A DNA stretch of 56,153 bases, the filler included, from Basidioascus undulatus (taxonomy: Eukaryota): NCBI GenBank assembly GCA_000826855.1. It is 4 parts of 4 records of this genome, joined end to end, with 100 filler letters (N's around TTAATTAATTAA, not from the genome) between each part and the next. Parts side by side here need not be neighbours in the genome. Positions count along the whole stretch, not along the records: positions 1 to 13,949 come from JTLS01000766.1; 3 more parts are not named here. One strand, given 5' to 3'. Shown piece by piece: positions 1-13,949 of the stretch. The notes beneath the pieces are model-generated. The model was not told the origin of the DNA, searched no databases, and saw nothing but the letters and a program-made list of their open reading frames with translations. Both the position numbers and the translations under genes were made by a program. Every line of letters begins with the position of its first letter. Within the stretch, counting starts at the first letter, position 1.

Positions 1-1731
1 CTTGATGTAGATGAGAATGGGCTGGGTGAAGGTAGACGCACAAAGTGGAGGAACGGAGCGATGGCATAAGCGGAAAGGGCACGAGACGAGGCCCACCGTG
101 GGAATCGGCCTATCAAACGCTTCAGGAGGTGCAACTCCCTGTAACCGACTGCATATGATGCACGATAAGCTTATATCCCCTTCTGGTCCTTTGTTCAACA
201 CATATATCATCAGTGGACACCCACAAGGACCCCCACGTGTTGACTTTGATTGACTAATACCTGGGTTTCAAACTGCCTGGACCAGTGGCCGCAGCCGTCA
301 CGCTCCGGGGCTGGAGACCGTGCCACAGTACCAACTAACACATCAAATATGCCGAAGCGTTGATCCCAATTCCAAAATGAACAAACCAGTGGGGTTCTAA
401 ATGAGAGGCTATGAAATGCGGTGAGCTGCGTGGTCCCGCCTGCCACTCCAGTAGCGACGTGAATCGACCCTCGTCCGTTGGCCCACGCTGCCAAAATCCC
501 TTAAGCAACCATGGTGTGCCCGCTGCTCAAGTTCAATAAAAGGATCCAAGGCCTTTCCCTCCCTTTGCTTCAAGGATACCTCCTCCTAGCTCAGTGACAC
601 TCACACCCACACCCACACCAGCCCTCTCATCCGGCCTACAGGGCAAACATCTCGATGAGTTGAATGGTCCGGCCTCACCATGAGATTCTCAAAGGCCAGG
701 CATACACTGGATTAGTAGAAATTATGCTCTTAAAATTTCCCAAACACTCTGAGCAATGCTCGCACAGCAACACCTAAGTCCCATTCCTTCCCACTGTCCC
801 TGCTGCTAGTTTCTAGTCTCATAAACGTGTTAGAGAAAAAGCTGCATACCACTTCACTTTTTGGGCAAATCTTTAAATAAATATGGAAGGTTATTGGCCT
901 GTAATCTCCGAGCTACCACGCACAATAAGCATTGGCGGCTAAGGGATTGGTTGTGCCAAACAGGACACCTGTTGACGCAGCGGCGGCTACGCGCCAGGTC
1001 CCTCCCATGTTATTTAGCCAACAAAGGGGCAGCGGAAACGGCAATTGTTTTTTTCTGATAAATTTGACTATCAAGGTGCACCCTCTATTCACGAGCAGTC
1101 ACTGTTCCTTTGCCGAGCAGTGCGCCGGGGTGACTGTTCGCCAACTCTGCAGAATCTGATACCTTTTCCGCTCCTATGACGCATTGAGCAATGTGTCACA
1201 GATACACCGCATAGACCGCGATTACGTTCTTACGACGAAGGAGTACAATGGTGCATTGGAGATAGACCAGACGGAACATCGTTTGAGCTAATACGATGTA
1301 GCAGAGGACTTCTTCGTTGACCAAGCCCGATCTCCTGGCAGCTTCTTCATTTTGCTCCACAGCATCAGGATTTCTCCATCTTCACAGAACTTTTATGGAC
1401 TGCCAGCTGGTTGAAAGGTGGCGGAGATCACGTTATCGCTTATCAACACGACGTGTCTTTGACGCAGCCACTATTAAGTTGGTTGCATGGATGAGTCAAC
1501 AAGGGAACATTTTGTTAAATAACGTTGGCCTACTTTCTGGTCAGCTTTCAGAAAGAAGGGCAATCTGTTCTTTCACAAGATGCACAGCTTCACCACGGAG
1601 CGTGGCGGACCGACAGTCGTGCAGGCATCTGTACGGTGGACATCAGATGCCGGTGATTTTCGAGACCAGAACACAGTAAAACACACCATCACAGGCTATG
1701 CACGGCAGCCCCAATTGACGTATACATGCGG

Positions 1732-3060
1732 TTACTCGGCAAACCAGCCCGCCTCCAACGCATCATCCACCATTGAATCAAGTCCCGCGGCTTCCGGCTC
1801 TTCCGCCGTCTCCTCATCTCGCTCACCATCGGGAATGACAAGTGGTGTCCACTTCGAGACAAGGGACTCGTAACGAGCTTGAACGCGACGAGAACTGTGG
1901 TCGTGCATCCGGTAGAGCTTCTCCATGAGCGTGTCATACATCTTGTCGTACCAGATCGGCTGAGCGTGCCCGGGGAAGGTCTTCTGGCCGGTCTCCTTGA
2001 ACTTGGGATTGGTCGAAAGAATGTGCTTGGACTATAAGAGACACTTTAGAAAAGGCTCTGGGATCAGAAAGGAACATGGCTCACCAGGACTGCAGCGAAC
2101 ACAATCATCAGCTCAATCGTCCGAAGCTGCCATAGTTTCCTGTACGGCTTCTTGTTTGTCGAGAAAGGCCCGCGAAGACTGGCCGGACCAAAGAGGATTA
2201 CCCGGAAGGCCGATACCGACAATAGCATCAGTTTGTCTGACTTGGAATCAAAGGGGCTGGAGTGTAAAGAAACCTCACCAGGGTAACGAGATGCAAACAG
2301 CAAAATGCGTCTGGTGAGCGGCTGTCATCTTCTTTGCCCTCGGGGAAGACGAAGATCTTGATGGACAAGTACCGGCTGCTTGGTGTTGTTGAGACGCTCG
2401 TCATGGATTGAGGGGTGAGGGCCGAGCGAAGGTCGCAACCAGCGCTTCCGAGCTTGCGAGCGAAAGTTGCTCAGGGCCGTTTCAAACTGTGGTCTGAGGA
2501 TGAGCTTATGAGGGGGAACAAATGAGAACCTCAGCATACCGTTGACTCGAACCATTCCTCATAGATCGTGTCACCAGTGTTCTCGTAGATAAACTGGAAC
2601 CACCACTCCTCGTCTTCACTGAGCGAGATGCGGTCTCGCTACTCCTCGGTGAGGTTGTCGAGATTTGCGGACACTGAGAGGCGGAAATGGAAGAACGACA
2701 TCAGTTGTGGCTATGGAGACATACTGAACAAGGCGTACCCGGTTGAACAGGCCCTCAGTGATCCAAGGGCGGACGTTGGTTGCGAAACGTTGGGCTATCT
2801 GTCCAGCGGCGCGCCGCATGCCCTCCGTCGGCGGTGCCGAGGGCAGCTTGCGGGAACCGGTAGGCTTCTTGTTGCCTAGGGTGAGGAGCTGGTCCTGGCG
2901 ATATGTGTTTTCCTTCGATAAGAAGCCACAGTGTCAGATTGGCACAATGTTGCCTCAGGCTGTTTTGAGCATGAAGAGGCCACAGGATGCACACCTCTCG
3001 ACCTCGTCCAACCGCTGCTTAAGCAGCCTTCTTCAGGCTTTTCTGGGAGTCGTTGGACAT
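1732..3060 (-). pseudogene. Multi-exon accessory gene downstream of the Plavaka transposase (weakly DUF6532-like), disrupted
   Basis: ATG at 3060. Spliced exons read ...LSEDEEWWFQFIYENTGDTIYEEWFEST, LWQLRTIELMIVFAAVL and SKHILSTNPKFKETGQKTFPGHAQPIWYDKMYDTLMEKLY, ending in an acidic tail. In-frame TAG at 2639-2641 and an early frameshift near 3020. Family assignment is pattern recall only. Confidence 0.5.
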
Positions 3061-3262
3061 GCTGCGGGTGGAATCAGTTAGAGGATGGGGTGGGAAGCGG
3101 CGATTGATGAAGCAGAGTGGGTTGAGTGCGAGCGTTGGTAAAAGGGCAAGAGAAGGTCAACCACATCGCGTGAGGAGGCCAGGTCAGATGCCAGAAAGCC
3201 AAGATCTCATAAATGTGGGGCACAATTTATTATATCAATATTGCGTACCATCTCCCATCTTG

Positions 3263-6200
3263 CTATTCGAGCCGGCCATGGGCACGCACGCAGACAGACG
3301 GCACATGAATGCAATCAGGTAAGTGCAGCCCGCATGCAGAAGTACATGTCACTGTCCACAAGATTGTGGAAAAGAAAAAACGAGAAGTGCTGCCCTCAAA
3401 GTTGGGAACAGTCGGGAACGACATAGCACCCACGAATGAGTGAAGAAAGTGGCAGAAGGTCTGAACAAGGAAGGAGTGAAAGGCGGGGCATGTCCGTGCG
3501 GGTGTCTCGAGTACCAGACAATTGTAAGGGCAAACAAGGCCAAAGCGAGTATCGGTCTGAAAACAAGGAATATGAATCTGGAGGAAAGTCAAGATGCGTG
3601 CAACAAGGGTCCCGTTGTCCACAAGGAAGAGTGTGTCGTTGTTGCGCGGGATGCCCGACTTGTTCCAGTCCTCGCTAATGTGGGCGAGGTCGAGTAGGTA
3701 CTTAAAATCAGCGAGTGCTGTATACGGAACGTAAGCCAGGCGGAACGGTTGGATCGAAGGCAGCATAGTTAGCATTCCAGCCATGTCGGTTGACGATGCG
3801 GAGCGAATTCTGCTGCATGCACCCGGTGGTTGAACAAGTCAAGCCTCGTGTTTCCTGGTAGGCCAGCGGCATTTAGGAGCGCTTTTGTAGCGAGCCGCTG
3901 TCTGGGGTGAAGCGCTGGCGGAAGGTACGGACTGCGAGGCGGTGGCCGTGAGCGCCCAGACGCAGCGAGATGCCACGCTTGCGCCTGCGTCGGATTGGCT
4001 GGAAGGTATCCCCAAACTTGGCCATAACTGCGGCTCGATCCCTGGACAAGAAGCTGGACCCACATCGTAAGACAACCGTGCAGTCCCGCGGGTTATACAA
4101 GAACATACCTCGCCTTCCGAGTCACGCTTGTTGGATTTTCGGTCCTGCGCACTCTTCAGCGGTTAATGTCCGCGCTCCGGGAGCTGTGTCGAGGTGTTCA
4201 TGACGACCGCTTTATTGCGGATCTTGTCCGGATAAGTGGGCGAGCGAATGCAGCTTAGGGAAGGTGAGGGACATGCCGAGTTGCTTCGCAAGGAGCTGAC
4301 GTCGGACATCAGGTATGAATCAAACAGGTGCAGGGTCGCAACACCCCTGGAAATGATTTTCAAACTCTTTAACTGGCTTCAGCAGCGTCAAGCGTGCGCT
4401 CAGTATGCGTGTGCAGCTTCAAGAGGAGCACGAGCACGGCGAGCGTGCGAACAGCGCACAGCAGAGCGGCTTCATCGAGGCCGGCTTCCTTCAGCACACC
4501 GAGGAGACAGATCAGAAGGTTCTACTCGATTCAAGAATCGTCAGTCATGCGCATTCCCATCCTATGAGAGCAAGAACACCCCCTTACTCACCTTCATGAT
4601 GTCCTCGTATTCCATCGACGTCAAGCCCTGGATACCGAAGATGCCGTTCGGGAAAGAGCAAAGCCCAGAAAACAGTGGAAGATTCTTGAAGCTGCATAAA
4701 TCGACGTTAGCTTGCGCTCTCTGGAAAATTCAAACGGAAAAGTAACTTACCGATAGTTGACGGATGCAGGCAGATCGCTGAGTGCGTGAAGGCCCTTGTG
4801 GATGCAGTCCTGGATCATGCCACCGCCAATTTGATGGACGGGATCGGAATTCACAGCCGCTCGGGAGTTTCCCGAGTGTTTTAGTTTGAGGAATGCCGAC
4901 TGCAGAAACCAGGCAATCAGCTACGATGCCATGGACAGGGTGGAGGGCGAGGAGATAGCACCTTGTCGCGATGCAAGGATTTGCGCTGCAGCATCTGCCC
5001 GGCCCTCTCAGAGGTCGGGCATCTCCGGAGAGCAAAAAAGAGCTTCGACATGCTTGTACAGCTTCTGGGTGCAGCCCGCTTCTCGAGGAAAGGTGCGGGC
5101 AGAAAACGCGGGGAGCGATGACCCTGGAGACACCTATAATAATGGCCAAAATATGAGCATGAACTTTCAGAATAACGACAAAAAATGAAAAGAAATATCA
5201 CAGGCAAGTTGTCCTGGAAGGCAACGAGTTTGTTAATACGGGAAGCACAGCTTCACGAAGCAAAGGCTTACACTTCTTCATAACCCCAGCTCACGACATC
5301 CACTCGTGGGAACCCCCTCTTCCTTTCTCCATCTGCACAAGTAGTAGACACAACCTCTCGGATGCCCGGATCGGCGCTAGAATGCGCCGCCAAGCCTGAA
5401 TGTTGACCCAACACTTGAACTTGCGGAACGGCGCAGACTTCGCCTCTTTCTCATTGCCCGCAACGACCTACACGATTCGTCATGGAAACCGTGTCCAATG
5501 TCTGAACAGTATACAAAATATTAGTTAGTTCAGGTAGAAAGCCGATGAGCTGTGGGAAAGTCAAGCCGGGGCGGGAGCGATAGTCAAGCGGGAAGTTCCC
5601 GAGCCAGAGGTAGACCGGCCACGCCTCTGTGCGACCGATCACGGTAAGGTTTGTCTTATCAGACGCGAGGACGATGTAGATGATAAAACATTCGGGAGGG
5701 ATGCCGTTCTGTATCTCAACAGCTGTCAGGATTCACGCTCAAGTTCAAGGTGTGCAGCGTTCAGCACAACTCACCTGGTACTGCCACCAGTCGTCTCCGG
5801 ACGAGAACTCCTCGTACACCCGCACCCAGGTACCATCCGGCAGTACCTCGTACCGCCGCTCCGGGTACCAGACAAGCACCGGAACAACGGGCTTGCTCCC
5901 ACAACGTCGATCATGTTCTTCACACGGATCGTGAATGTCTCGACCCTTGTACGTCTCGTGGAACGTGAAAGGTCTGATACTGCAGACGGAACCTCAGCTC
6001 AAAATTCACAGCCAAGGGAGTCTATGACTTACACGAGGTTTCGACTCCGAGATCATGGAATCGAGGGTCTTGTTCATCTTGTGCGCGCTTGAGATCTTGA
6101 CCTCATTCTGCTTGAAGCGGGAATTGCGCACAATCGAGAAGAGCTCGTCCGTCAAATGGTTGCTCAGCATGCCCTTCACTGCGATAGAGGTGCAAGCACC

Positions 6201-6800
6201 CTCGTCCCAGCTGTTAAACTTGCTGATGCTTGGCAAGGAGGGGCGAGGAAGATGAGGAAGAGCGGTTGGACGGCGAGGGCAAGGGCAAGGGCGAGCTGGC
6301 TACGTGTGCGTGAGGGTTGTGGGGATGATGTACGGTCGTGAAAGCGACAGCCCTTCATCCTCGAGCGATGGAGAGCGCTAACCTGAATCTCATTCCATGG
6401 AACATCAGCAGGCCGGCAGGATGAAGAATGTTGTACACGTACCAGCGCGACTCAGGGACGGTTGTTGGGGCCCGGCCCCGCCGATTCATCGTCGCCTGGG
6501 CCTGATATCTCGCATACTCAGCTTCCTCCTTGGGTTAGAAAAGTTGTAAATGCTCACCGGGTGCATCAAATGACAGGTCCACGTCCTCCCAATCATTGCC
6601 GTTGTCCTCTGCTCCGCGCTCTCGCCGTCCGGCGGCGCACCTGCAAAGAAAATCAGCTCGTGAGCAGAAGGACTGCTTGATCTGAGCCGTGGGGCTGCGA
6701 CTGGTTGACAAAGACGGCGTTCGTGATCTTTGAGATGTTGTTGTAAATCGCGCCCACGGGATGCGGTGAAAGAACGCCCGCACAAGGGACAGTCATTCGA
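3263..6800 (-). mobile_element. Plavaka-family (CMC/CACTA-like) transposase gene with N-terminal C2H2 zinc finger, degenerate
   Basis: Ordered spliced motifs: CPLCGRSF..DLQQHLKDH (~6725-6790); RVYEEFSSGDDWWQYQ (~5775-5825); IVLASDKTNLTVIGRTEAWPVYLWLGNFPLDYRSRP (~5570-5680); QAWRRILAPIRA; CADGERKRGFPRV; SDPVHQIGGG; FKNLPLFSGLCSFPNGI..EDIMK; NTSTQLPERGH*..SNKRD. Frameshifts near 5900 and 4370; stop at 4163-4165. No TIRs located. Confidence 0.85.
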
Positions 6801-7417
6801 GCCGGCCTCGGCGCCTGTTGCACTGGAAGGCGGGGCCGGCAGGAGCCGATTATAGGATGTTGCAAGGAGATAGCTCTGATAGGAATGGTCGAGGGAGTAC
6901 GAATGGCAAAGCGATGTGCAAGTTTGAACGCGTGTTCATGCGTCAGGAAGCTGTATGGTAATGATCACACCAAAGGCTATCTAACAAGAAGCCACCATGC
7001 TGAAATACCTCTGAATACGCGTAATTATACCACTACCAGACTATCGACCGTTGTTGGCCTGATCAGGCAGGGCCCATTTTCCCGATCGACGGTTACTGCA
7101 CTTTTCCACCAAAATCTGCATGCTAGCGCCATGCTGCGCCAGTCTCCTTCCGATCACTCCTGGCACAGCAGCGGAAATAACCTTTTTCTCATAACCTTCT
7201 ATGCGTCTGTTGGTCTGGTTGTGGATGGATTTGCCTAATTCTTATGTTATCGCTGCATTGTGAGTTATCAGTTATCTCTCAGTGAGTCACATGGTCTCCG
7301 TGCCGTGCTGCCGCGCCAAATCGAAGCTTCATCTTCGGCCGGGGCTATCGCTCTCCTTGCCCCGTCTCGTTCGCTCGATTGGCCATCTCCGCCAAAGCCC
7401 AAGTGTGCTCGCTCGCG

Positions 7418-10400
7418 ATGCAGCAGCAGCCGTACGCGGAGGACGATTCTCCCAGCAACAGGCCGTATGCGTCGTCGCACGAGTACGACGACGACGACGA
7501 TGAAGCGCACGAGCACGAGAACGGTTATGTGGAACAGCACCAGCCGGCCGCGAAGGAGAAGCGGACGCGGATCAGGCAGGCGCTGAGCTGTACGTTAGCG
7601 CTCAGGCCGTCGTGTCGTTTGGCATGTAAGGTAGACCCTGATGTTTGGTTTGGGAGAGTCTAGGCACCGAGTGCAAGCGGCGCAAGATCAAGGTGTGTAA
7701 GGGGATCTATGGCGGAAAGACACAGCGCGGTGTTAACGGGAGCAAGCTGTCTCGCCAGTGCGACCGCTCGCTTCCTTGCTCTTCTTGTGTCAAGCGAGGC
7801 GATCAGGTCAAATGCCGATGGGAACCTAAGAAGGTGGGTACACTGTCATAATCTTACATTTAATCCTAGCGGCGCTCAATCCCTACCTTGGCACCACAGG
7901 AACGACCGAAGCCTTCATTTGCGTCTTCGCAGGAGGTTGCCGACCTCCGTGCGACGCTCGATGACACCCGGCAGCAGCTTTCGGCGCTCATGTCGCTCGT
8001 CCAGTCCTCAGCTGCATCGGCGACCACGCCGGCGGGGGGCTTCCCTCTGTCACTGCCGCGCACGCCTGCACTGGCTCCGCCCGACATCATCGACGAGGAG
8101 CGCGATGCGGCCTTCACGCTCGAGGATCTTGCGATGGGTCGCCGAGCTGGAAGAGACGCGGTTGTGCTCAGGCCCGGGTCGGCGGACGCGCAGCAGCCCA
8201 TAGGCTCAATGACGCGGGAGCGCGCACCGAGCGTGGGCAGTGCGGGACCCGCAGGACAAGCGAGCAGCCCAGGCGGGTTTACCGGAGGCGCACCGCTTTA
8301 CTGTTCACCTCCATCCGGTACGCTTGATTACGACTCTTCGACCTATCAGAATGTTGCTGATTGCTGCCCTCGACAGTCATCACCTCGCATGTCTCCTCCA
8401 CGGCCCCTTCGTCTTTCCCATTCCCGTCCTTCCCGTCATCCTCTCGAACCAGCACCATCCTCCGTCTTCTTCCCTCTCGCGCGCGCTCCGACACGCTCCT
8501 TCATTCCTACCTGACGCGCATCGAGTGGCTCCATCACCCGCTGCACGTCCCGCGCTTTCTCTCCGCCTACCGCGCGTTCCTCTCCGCGCCGCAGGATGCC
8601 GAACCGCGCTGGCTCGCAGTCTACGCAGCAGTGCTCTGCGTCGCTGCGCACTTCGACGGCGCCGCGGACAACCAGGAGGACAGGGAGGAGGCCGAGCGGT
8701 ACTACCACGCGAGTCGCGCCGCGCTCGCGCAGGCCCACTTCCTGGCCAGCCACTCGCTCGAGGCCATTCAGGCCATCATCATCCTCGGCCTGTACCTCCA
8801 CAACATCAACCTCACCGAGACACACTTCCTACTCATGGGTCTCGCGATCAAAATGGCCCAGGTCATGGGCCTCTCCCGCATCCCGCCCGAGGTGGAGGGA
8901 AGCGAGCTCAAGGGCAGCATCGTACAGCGCGAGGTGAGCTTGGACTGTCGTTTGATCATCCCAATTCCGCCTGAGCTCGCTCACACGACTATCGCTGCAG
9001 CTTGGCCGGCGGTTATGGCATTCTGTGAGCGCGGACCCACATTTATTTGACCGGTACTTTGCTTCACGTGAATGAGCCTCTGACGCCGTACACTGCGCTC
9101 CCAGCTTCGCTTTCAAGATGCCTTCTCCGCTTCAGCGTGCTCGTACAGCTACGCGATCCACCCCGACCAGGTGTGTCCCCTCTCGCACCATCATCGCTCA
9201 GGCAGCCGGCTTGTGTCAATGACTGACAAGAGCTGCGTCATTCCGACCACTGTCAGGCCTCGACAGACGTGCCGGTCAACGTCGAAGACGAGGAGCTCGT
9301 CGACGGTGTACCGCTCAAGCCGAAGCCGCGCGAGGTGTGGACCGACATGAGCTACTTCATTGCCAAGCTAGTATGTCCCATGTCGCGTATTTCCAGTGCC
9401 TCCCGAGCTCAACTTTACGAGTTGCTCTTCAGCGCTTCGGAGATATCACCGTCCGTCCTGTTCTGTCTCCCTGGAAAGCGCTAGCTCAGTCGTTTTATCC
9501 TGCTGCACAGCGAAAGATTGTCGACGCACTCAACACAAACCAGGTTGTCTCGTACGACTTCGTGCTCCGTACCGACGCAGAGTACCGCGAGGCGCTAGAA
9601 GAAGTGCCTAGCTTCCTCCGGCTCGACGTTAGCGAGCTCGACCTCGAAGTTTTGGACAAGAAGCCGAGTCGGGTGGTACGTTGTTGTTTTACCGAGGCAA
9701 TAAAGGAGCATCCGGGACGTGAACCTGATATGTTGGTGGAAGTGGGAGCGCGTCATGGCCAGCATGACGATCCACAATCGGCTGATGCGTCTACACCGGG
9801 GATACTTCACGCAGGGATATCAGAGTGCGTGCTGTGATCGTTTCATCATTTCAGCGGTGTGAGATTGACTGTCGTGATGAGCATGGTGCAGATCCTGAAT
9901 TTGAGTACGTCCTTTTACCTCGTGAGTTCCAATTTTCATGGGCGCATGACCTGAACTCGCGCTGCGCAGATACTCGACCGTCTCGTGCGTTGCCGCTGCG
10001 CGTGCCGTTCTCGCTCTCATGCAGCAAGGGCGTGCGACCAAGTGGCCCGGTGGGAAGTGGTGGGTGGTGTTGGTGCAGTGCTGGACGGCAGCTATCGTCA
10101 TGTATGTTGCATTTTTCCAGCAAGGGGTGAGGGATCATTTCTCCACAGCGTGCATACTGACATGTGAATGGCCCGCCGCGGACCAGCTTGATCGACCTTT
10201 TTCACACGTCGGACCATAACGAGGTCGGGCAGCAGCAGGTACAGGAGAAGACGCTCGAGGTCGTTCTGGCGCTCGAAATCTTCCGGTGCGTGTTGCGTTG
10301 CTGGCTAAGCGACGCGAACCGGCTCACACGTCCATGTACGGCAGCGACGTACAAGAGACCTCGACCGTCGCCCGCCGAGCAGTCGTCACTCTGGAGCGCC

Positions 10401-10882
10401 TGCTCGACGAAGACGCCACGCGGCGCGCAGCCCGATACGCTCAAAGCTCACGCAAACGCAAGCACTCGCGCTCGCTCTCTGTTTCCTCCCCGTCCTCATC
10501 TGTCGCCGGCGCTTCTGCTGAGCAGCCCGCGCACAAGCGACACGTGCTGGATGCTTCTTTCACAGCACATTCAGCTGGCACAGCAGAAGCGGCGCCCTCT
10601 GCATCCGCGCCTATCGTCGGTCCTGAATTCTGGGAAGGTGCGCCTGACCTGTTCTGTCCCTCATGATGCCCACGTTAAACCCATCTCTTTGCAGAGGTTT
10701 TCCGGAATGAGCTGGGCATGCTAGGCAACCCGGCAAGTCCTTTGAGCGGTCTCGGCTGGACGGACGGGTGCGGTGTTGGAATGGATATCGACGCCGCTGC
10801 GGCGGGTCTGGTTATGGGGCATGCGCAGGGTTGGCCCGGGGTGATAGGGGCGGTACCCAGCGGGCACGGGGTATCGGGATGA
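7418..10882 (+). CDS. Zn(II)2Cys6 transcription factor with fungal-specific TF (Fungal_trans/MHR) domain, multi-exon
   Basis: Spliced cluster SC-TECKRRKIK-CDRSLPCSSCVKRGDQVKCRW over three exons (7418-7832). The middle region has LPSRARSDTLLHSYLTRIEWLHHPLHVPRF, SLEAIQAIIILGLY, AIKMAQVMGLSR and PVNVEDEEL. TGA at 10880-10882. Confidence 0.92.
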
Positions 10883-12585
10883 GAATCTTCGTCGCGTTGA
10901 CCGGGACGGCCAGGATACGGTGGTGTACTTGTACTTGCTTTGTTGTTCGTATGCTCTGAGGACGGCTCTGATTTCTCCTTCATGCTCACGTATTACGCTT
11001 GCATGTCTGCCGGGTTGTGCTGCCCTTTTTCATTCTACGAATGGTCAAAAGCATTATGTCAATTTTCTATCAATATAATACTCTGGCACTACTTTGAACT
11101 GACATTTTCCATCGAGCATGCCTTGGAAAAACCTACCATGCCTTGGTACGCTGTGGCCGAGTGCAGAAACGAGCTACTCAGCTACTATACCACAAAAGCG
11201 TGTGGTTGCATGGGTAGACTGTGCTTTGTGCGAGATGCCACACAAAGTAGCGTGTGAAAAAAAGGGTGTTCCGCGCAGTTGAAAGAAGAGCTGACCAAAG
11301 GGAAGCGGTCCGTAGTAAGGTGGGAGCCTCGCAGCTTGACTCTCGACCACAACCATCGATTCGCTAAATCGTCCGTCCGGCTCCTCACATCGACGAGTCC
11401 TACTCGTTCTCGTTTCTCCACATTCTCAACCGTCTCAGGACTGTCAATACCTATCGCTCGTCGCGCGTTGCTGCTGCGACGAGCCTCGACGCGCCTCTCG
11501 CGCGGGTTATCAGGCGCCCCTTCATCGCTTCGATCTTCCATCTCGACGGCACCAACGGTCCCTTCAACAGCTGAGCCAAAAATCCAGGGGCTGTCCTGTG
11601 ACACGCCTGAGGACCGCGAACGCGCGGAAAGGCTTTGGGGCTGAGGTGAACACAGAGCAGCTCATTTCACCTCAACAGCGGAGTCGCTGGCACGCTCGCA
11701 TATCTCGGCGGGGACTCGAAAGGTCGCGCCTGATTCGCCCGAGGACATGCACTACCGCCTACAGCGTGACCGGCTCGTCGCCCTGGGCATCATAGCTGCA
11801 TCTTCCCGCGGCGACTATGGGGAGCCTCTTGCGCGGTGGTGTACTCGCGAGCTGCTGCACGTTCCCCAGCGTGCGGATCCTCAGGGCCAGCTCGGCCAAC
11901 GGGTACGGCAGGGCTACACTCTCTGACCTCACGTGCCGCAGGAGACTCACCCATTCCTCCGACGTTCTGTCTCACAGAGGGCCAATCCTCGCAAAAACCT
12001 GCGCAACCACTTCATCAACGTGCGTTCAGGCACCCCCGTTTCCTCACTGTGTCAGAAAGAGTAACACGAATGTCTTGGTCACTGACGGCCATTTGCCTCG
12101 TCTGTTCAGGATCCCACCGCATGGCTCGCCGAGCGCGGATGGGAGCTGAAGGGCTGGAAGTTGGAATGGGTGAATCACATAGCGCAGGCTCGTGAGAAAA
12201 ACAAAGTGGCGGGAAACCGCGAAGTCGTTGCCGCAGGCCACTTGCCAGTGTGGGTGTGCTGCAGGACTTGACGCTTGAGCTGGCGGAGGGGCGTATTCGG
12301 GTTGTCCGCAGCAGCAGGAGCAGAAACAAAGGGAGCGGCGGGATGGCATGATGGCATGGTCGATGGGTTATATCTACCACCAATATTTTGTTCTAGTGGA
12401 ACGCGGCCAGGAAAGGATCTGTATCTGGTTGCGGCCTCGCAAAAGCAGTGCACTGCCGGGGGTGTCGCCAATTCCGTACCCACATTAGGCAATGTCGCGA
12501 TAAACAACACGCCATGGCGCACTGATGCATGGCACACTTCCCGAACCTCGGGCGCAATACCACTACGCCTCAACCCCAACACTCG

Positions 12586-13949
12586 CTACACACCCGCGGC
12601 CGCGACCTCCCCGCGCCGCTCCGCCTCGAGGTACAACGTGATAGCAGACATATCGTCTCCGTTTGCTGTGCAGTTTCCTTGCCAGATCAGATTCGCGCCC
12701 AAACAGATGTGGAAGAGGAGAGGGGCAGAGGGGCACGAAGAAGACCCAGACGTACCTCGTCTCAAGCACCCTTCCAGCACTCCCCGCTCAGCGTGGGGTA
12801 AGACGTCCGCGATCCGCTCCACGCTCGCCTGCCACGCGTCGTTCGGCGAAGGCGCGGCGCTCGGAATCGCAGGAGCGAGGGCAGAGGCGGGGGCGGGTGT
12901 CTGCCCGAGACTCAAGCTCGAGCGTTTCTGGGGCTGAGTCGCTGGGCGCGGGCCGAGGGGCGCAGGGACCTCCCTGGGCAGCGGCGCGAGGGGTGTGGTG
13001 GACCTGGACGGGGAGACGGGCGGCGGGGGGAGGTGGTACGTCCCTTTGCTTGGGCTTGTCGAGCCCGACCCACCAGAGCCCGGCTTGGGTGGGCTCTTGT
13101 TGCTCCCTTTGCGTCCCAAGCTCGCAAAGAACCCGACCGCGCCCTTGGCCTTCTTCACCGGCGCGCTTGGGCTCGAGGCCGTGCGGATCCCTACGCCCTG
13201 GGCGAGGGACGGGTAGGGGAGGAGGGTCGCGCTTGGCGCGTGGGGTGGGGAGTCGCCGAGGTTCCGCGATTGGTGCGTCAGGTCGTGCGCGATGTACGTG
13301 TCCCCGTGCGGGCGGAGGGGGAACGTCGCGTCCGAGCGGACGGACGCGGCGGATGAGGTGGAGGCGTTGCGAGGCGGGTGGAGCGTGTGGGTGTGGGACG
13401 GCGGTGGGTGCGAGGAGGGCGGGAAGAAGGTGGTGGGCAGAGAGGGGGACGTGATTGTTGGGGCGCTGATGCTGAAGGACCGGGTGGACGAGGGCGAGTG
13501 GAGGGAGTAGGACGACGCGTGCGACGTGAGGCTCCCGCGCGGCATGCCCATGCCCCGCGAGTAGCGCTCGGAATGCTTGACCAGCGGTGGTGGAGAGTCT
13601 ATGCGAGGCCCCGGCGCCCTCTTCCTTGGATCAGTGTCCCGTCCCCACGCCACATCCTAAACCCGAACTCACAGTTCCCCGCCCTGCCCTCATCGCCGCC
13701 AACCATCCTGCACCACACCCTGAGCCCGCTCTCCACCCTCGCAATCTCATTAATCGCCTCCGCCTGGCGCCGGGCGCGCTCGCCGGGCGTCCGCGAGCCC
13801 CAGAGGACCTCGCGCGAGTTCCACGCCTTGGGGAGCGGCATGTCGCGCGTGATCGTCTCGGGCGCGACGCCGAGGGGCGGGGACGGCGGCAGGAGTGGGG
13901 CGAAGGCGGACGAACCATTTTGCATAGCCTCGCGACGAGCCCGCCAAGC
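12586..13949 (-). CDS. Pro/Ser-rich hypothetical protein with C-terminal CUE-like helical domain; 5' part cut by the contig end
   Basis: Exon KAWNSREVLWGSRTPGERARRQAEAINEIARVESGLRVW, intron 13672-13599, a long low-complexity exon, then WQASVERIADVLPHAERGVLEGCLRR/ANGDDMSAITLYLEAERR. Confidence 0.7.

Noticed and set aside
1..860. Possible TE remnant at the window start
   Set aside because: No diagnostic motif could be read.
7031..7040. CACTA pentamer as a Plavaka terminal repeat
   Set aside because: Wrong orientation for a right end, and no matching partner was found.
11185..12200. Possible minus-strand hypothetical gene
   Set aside because: No recognisable motif, and I could not build a consistent spliced model.
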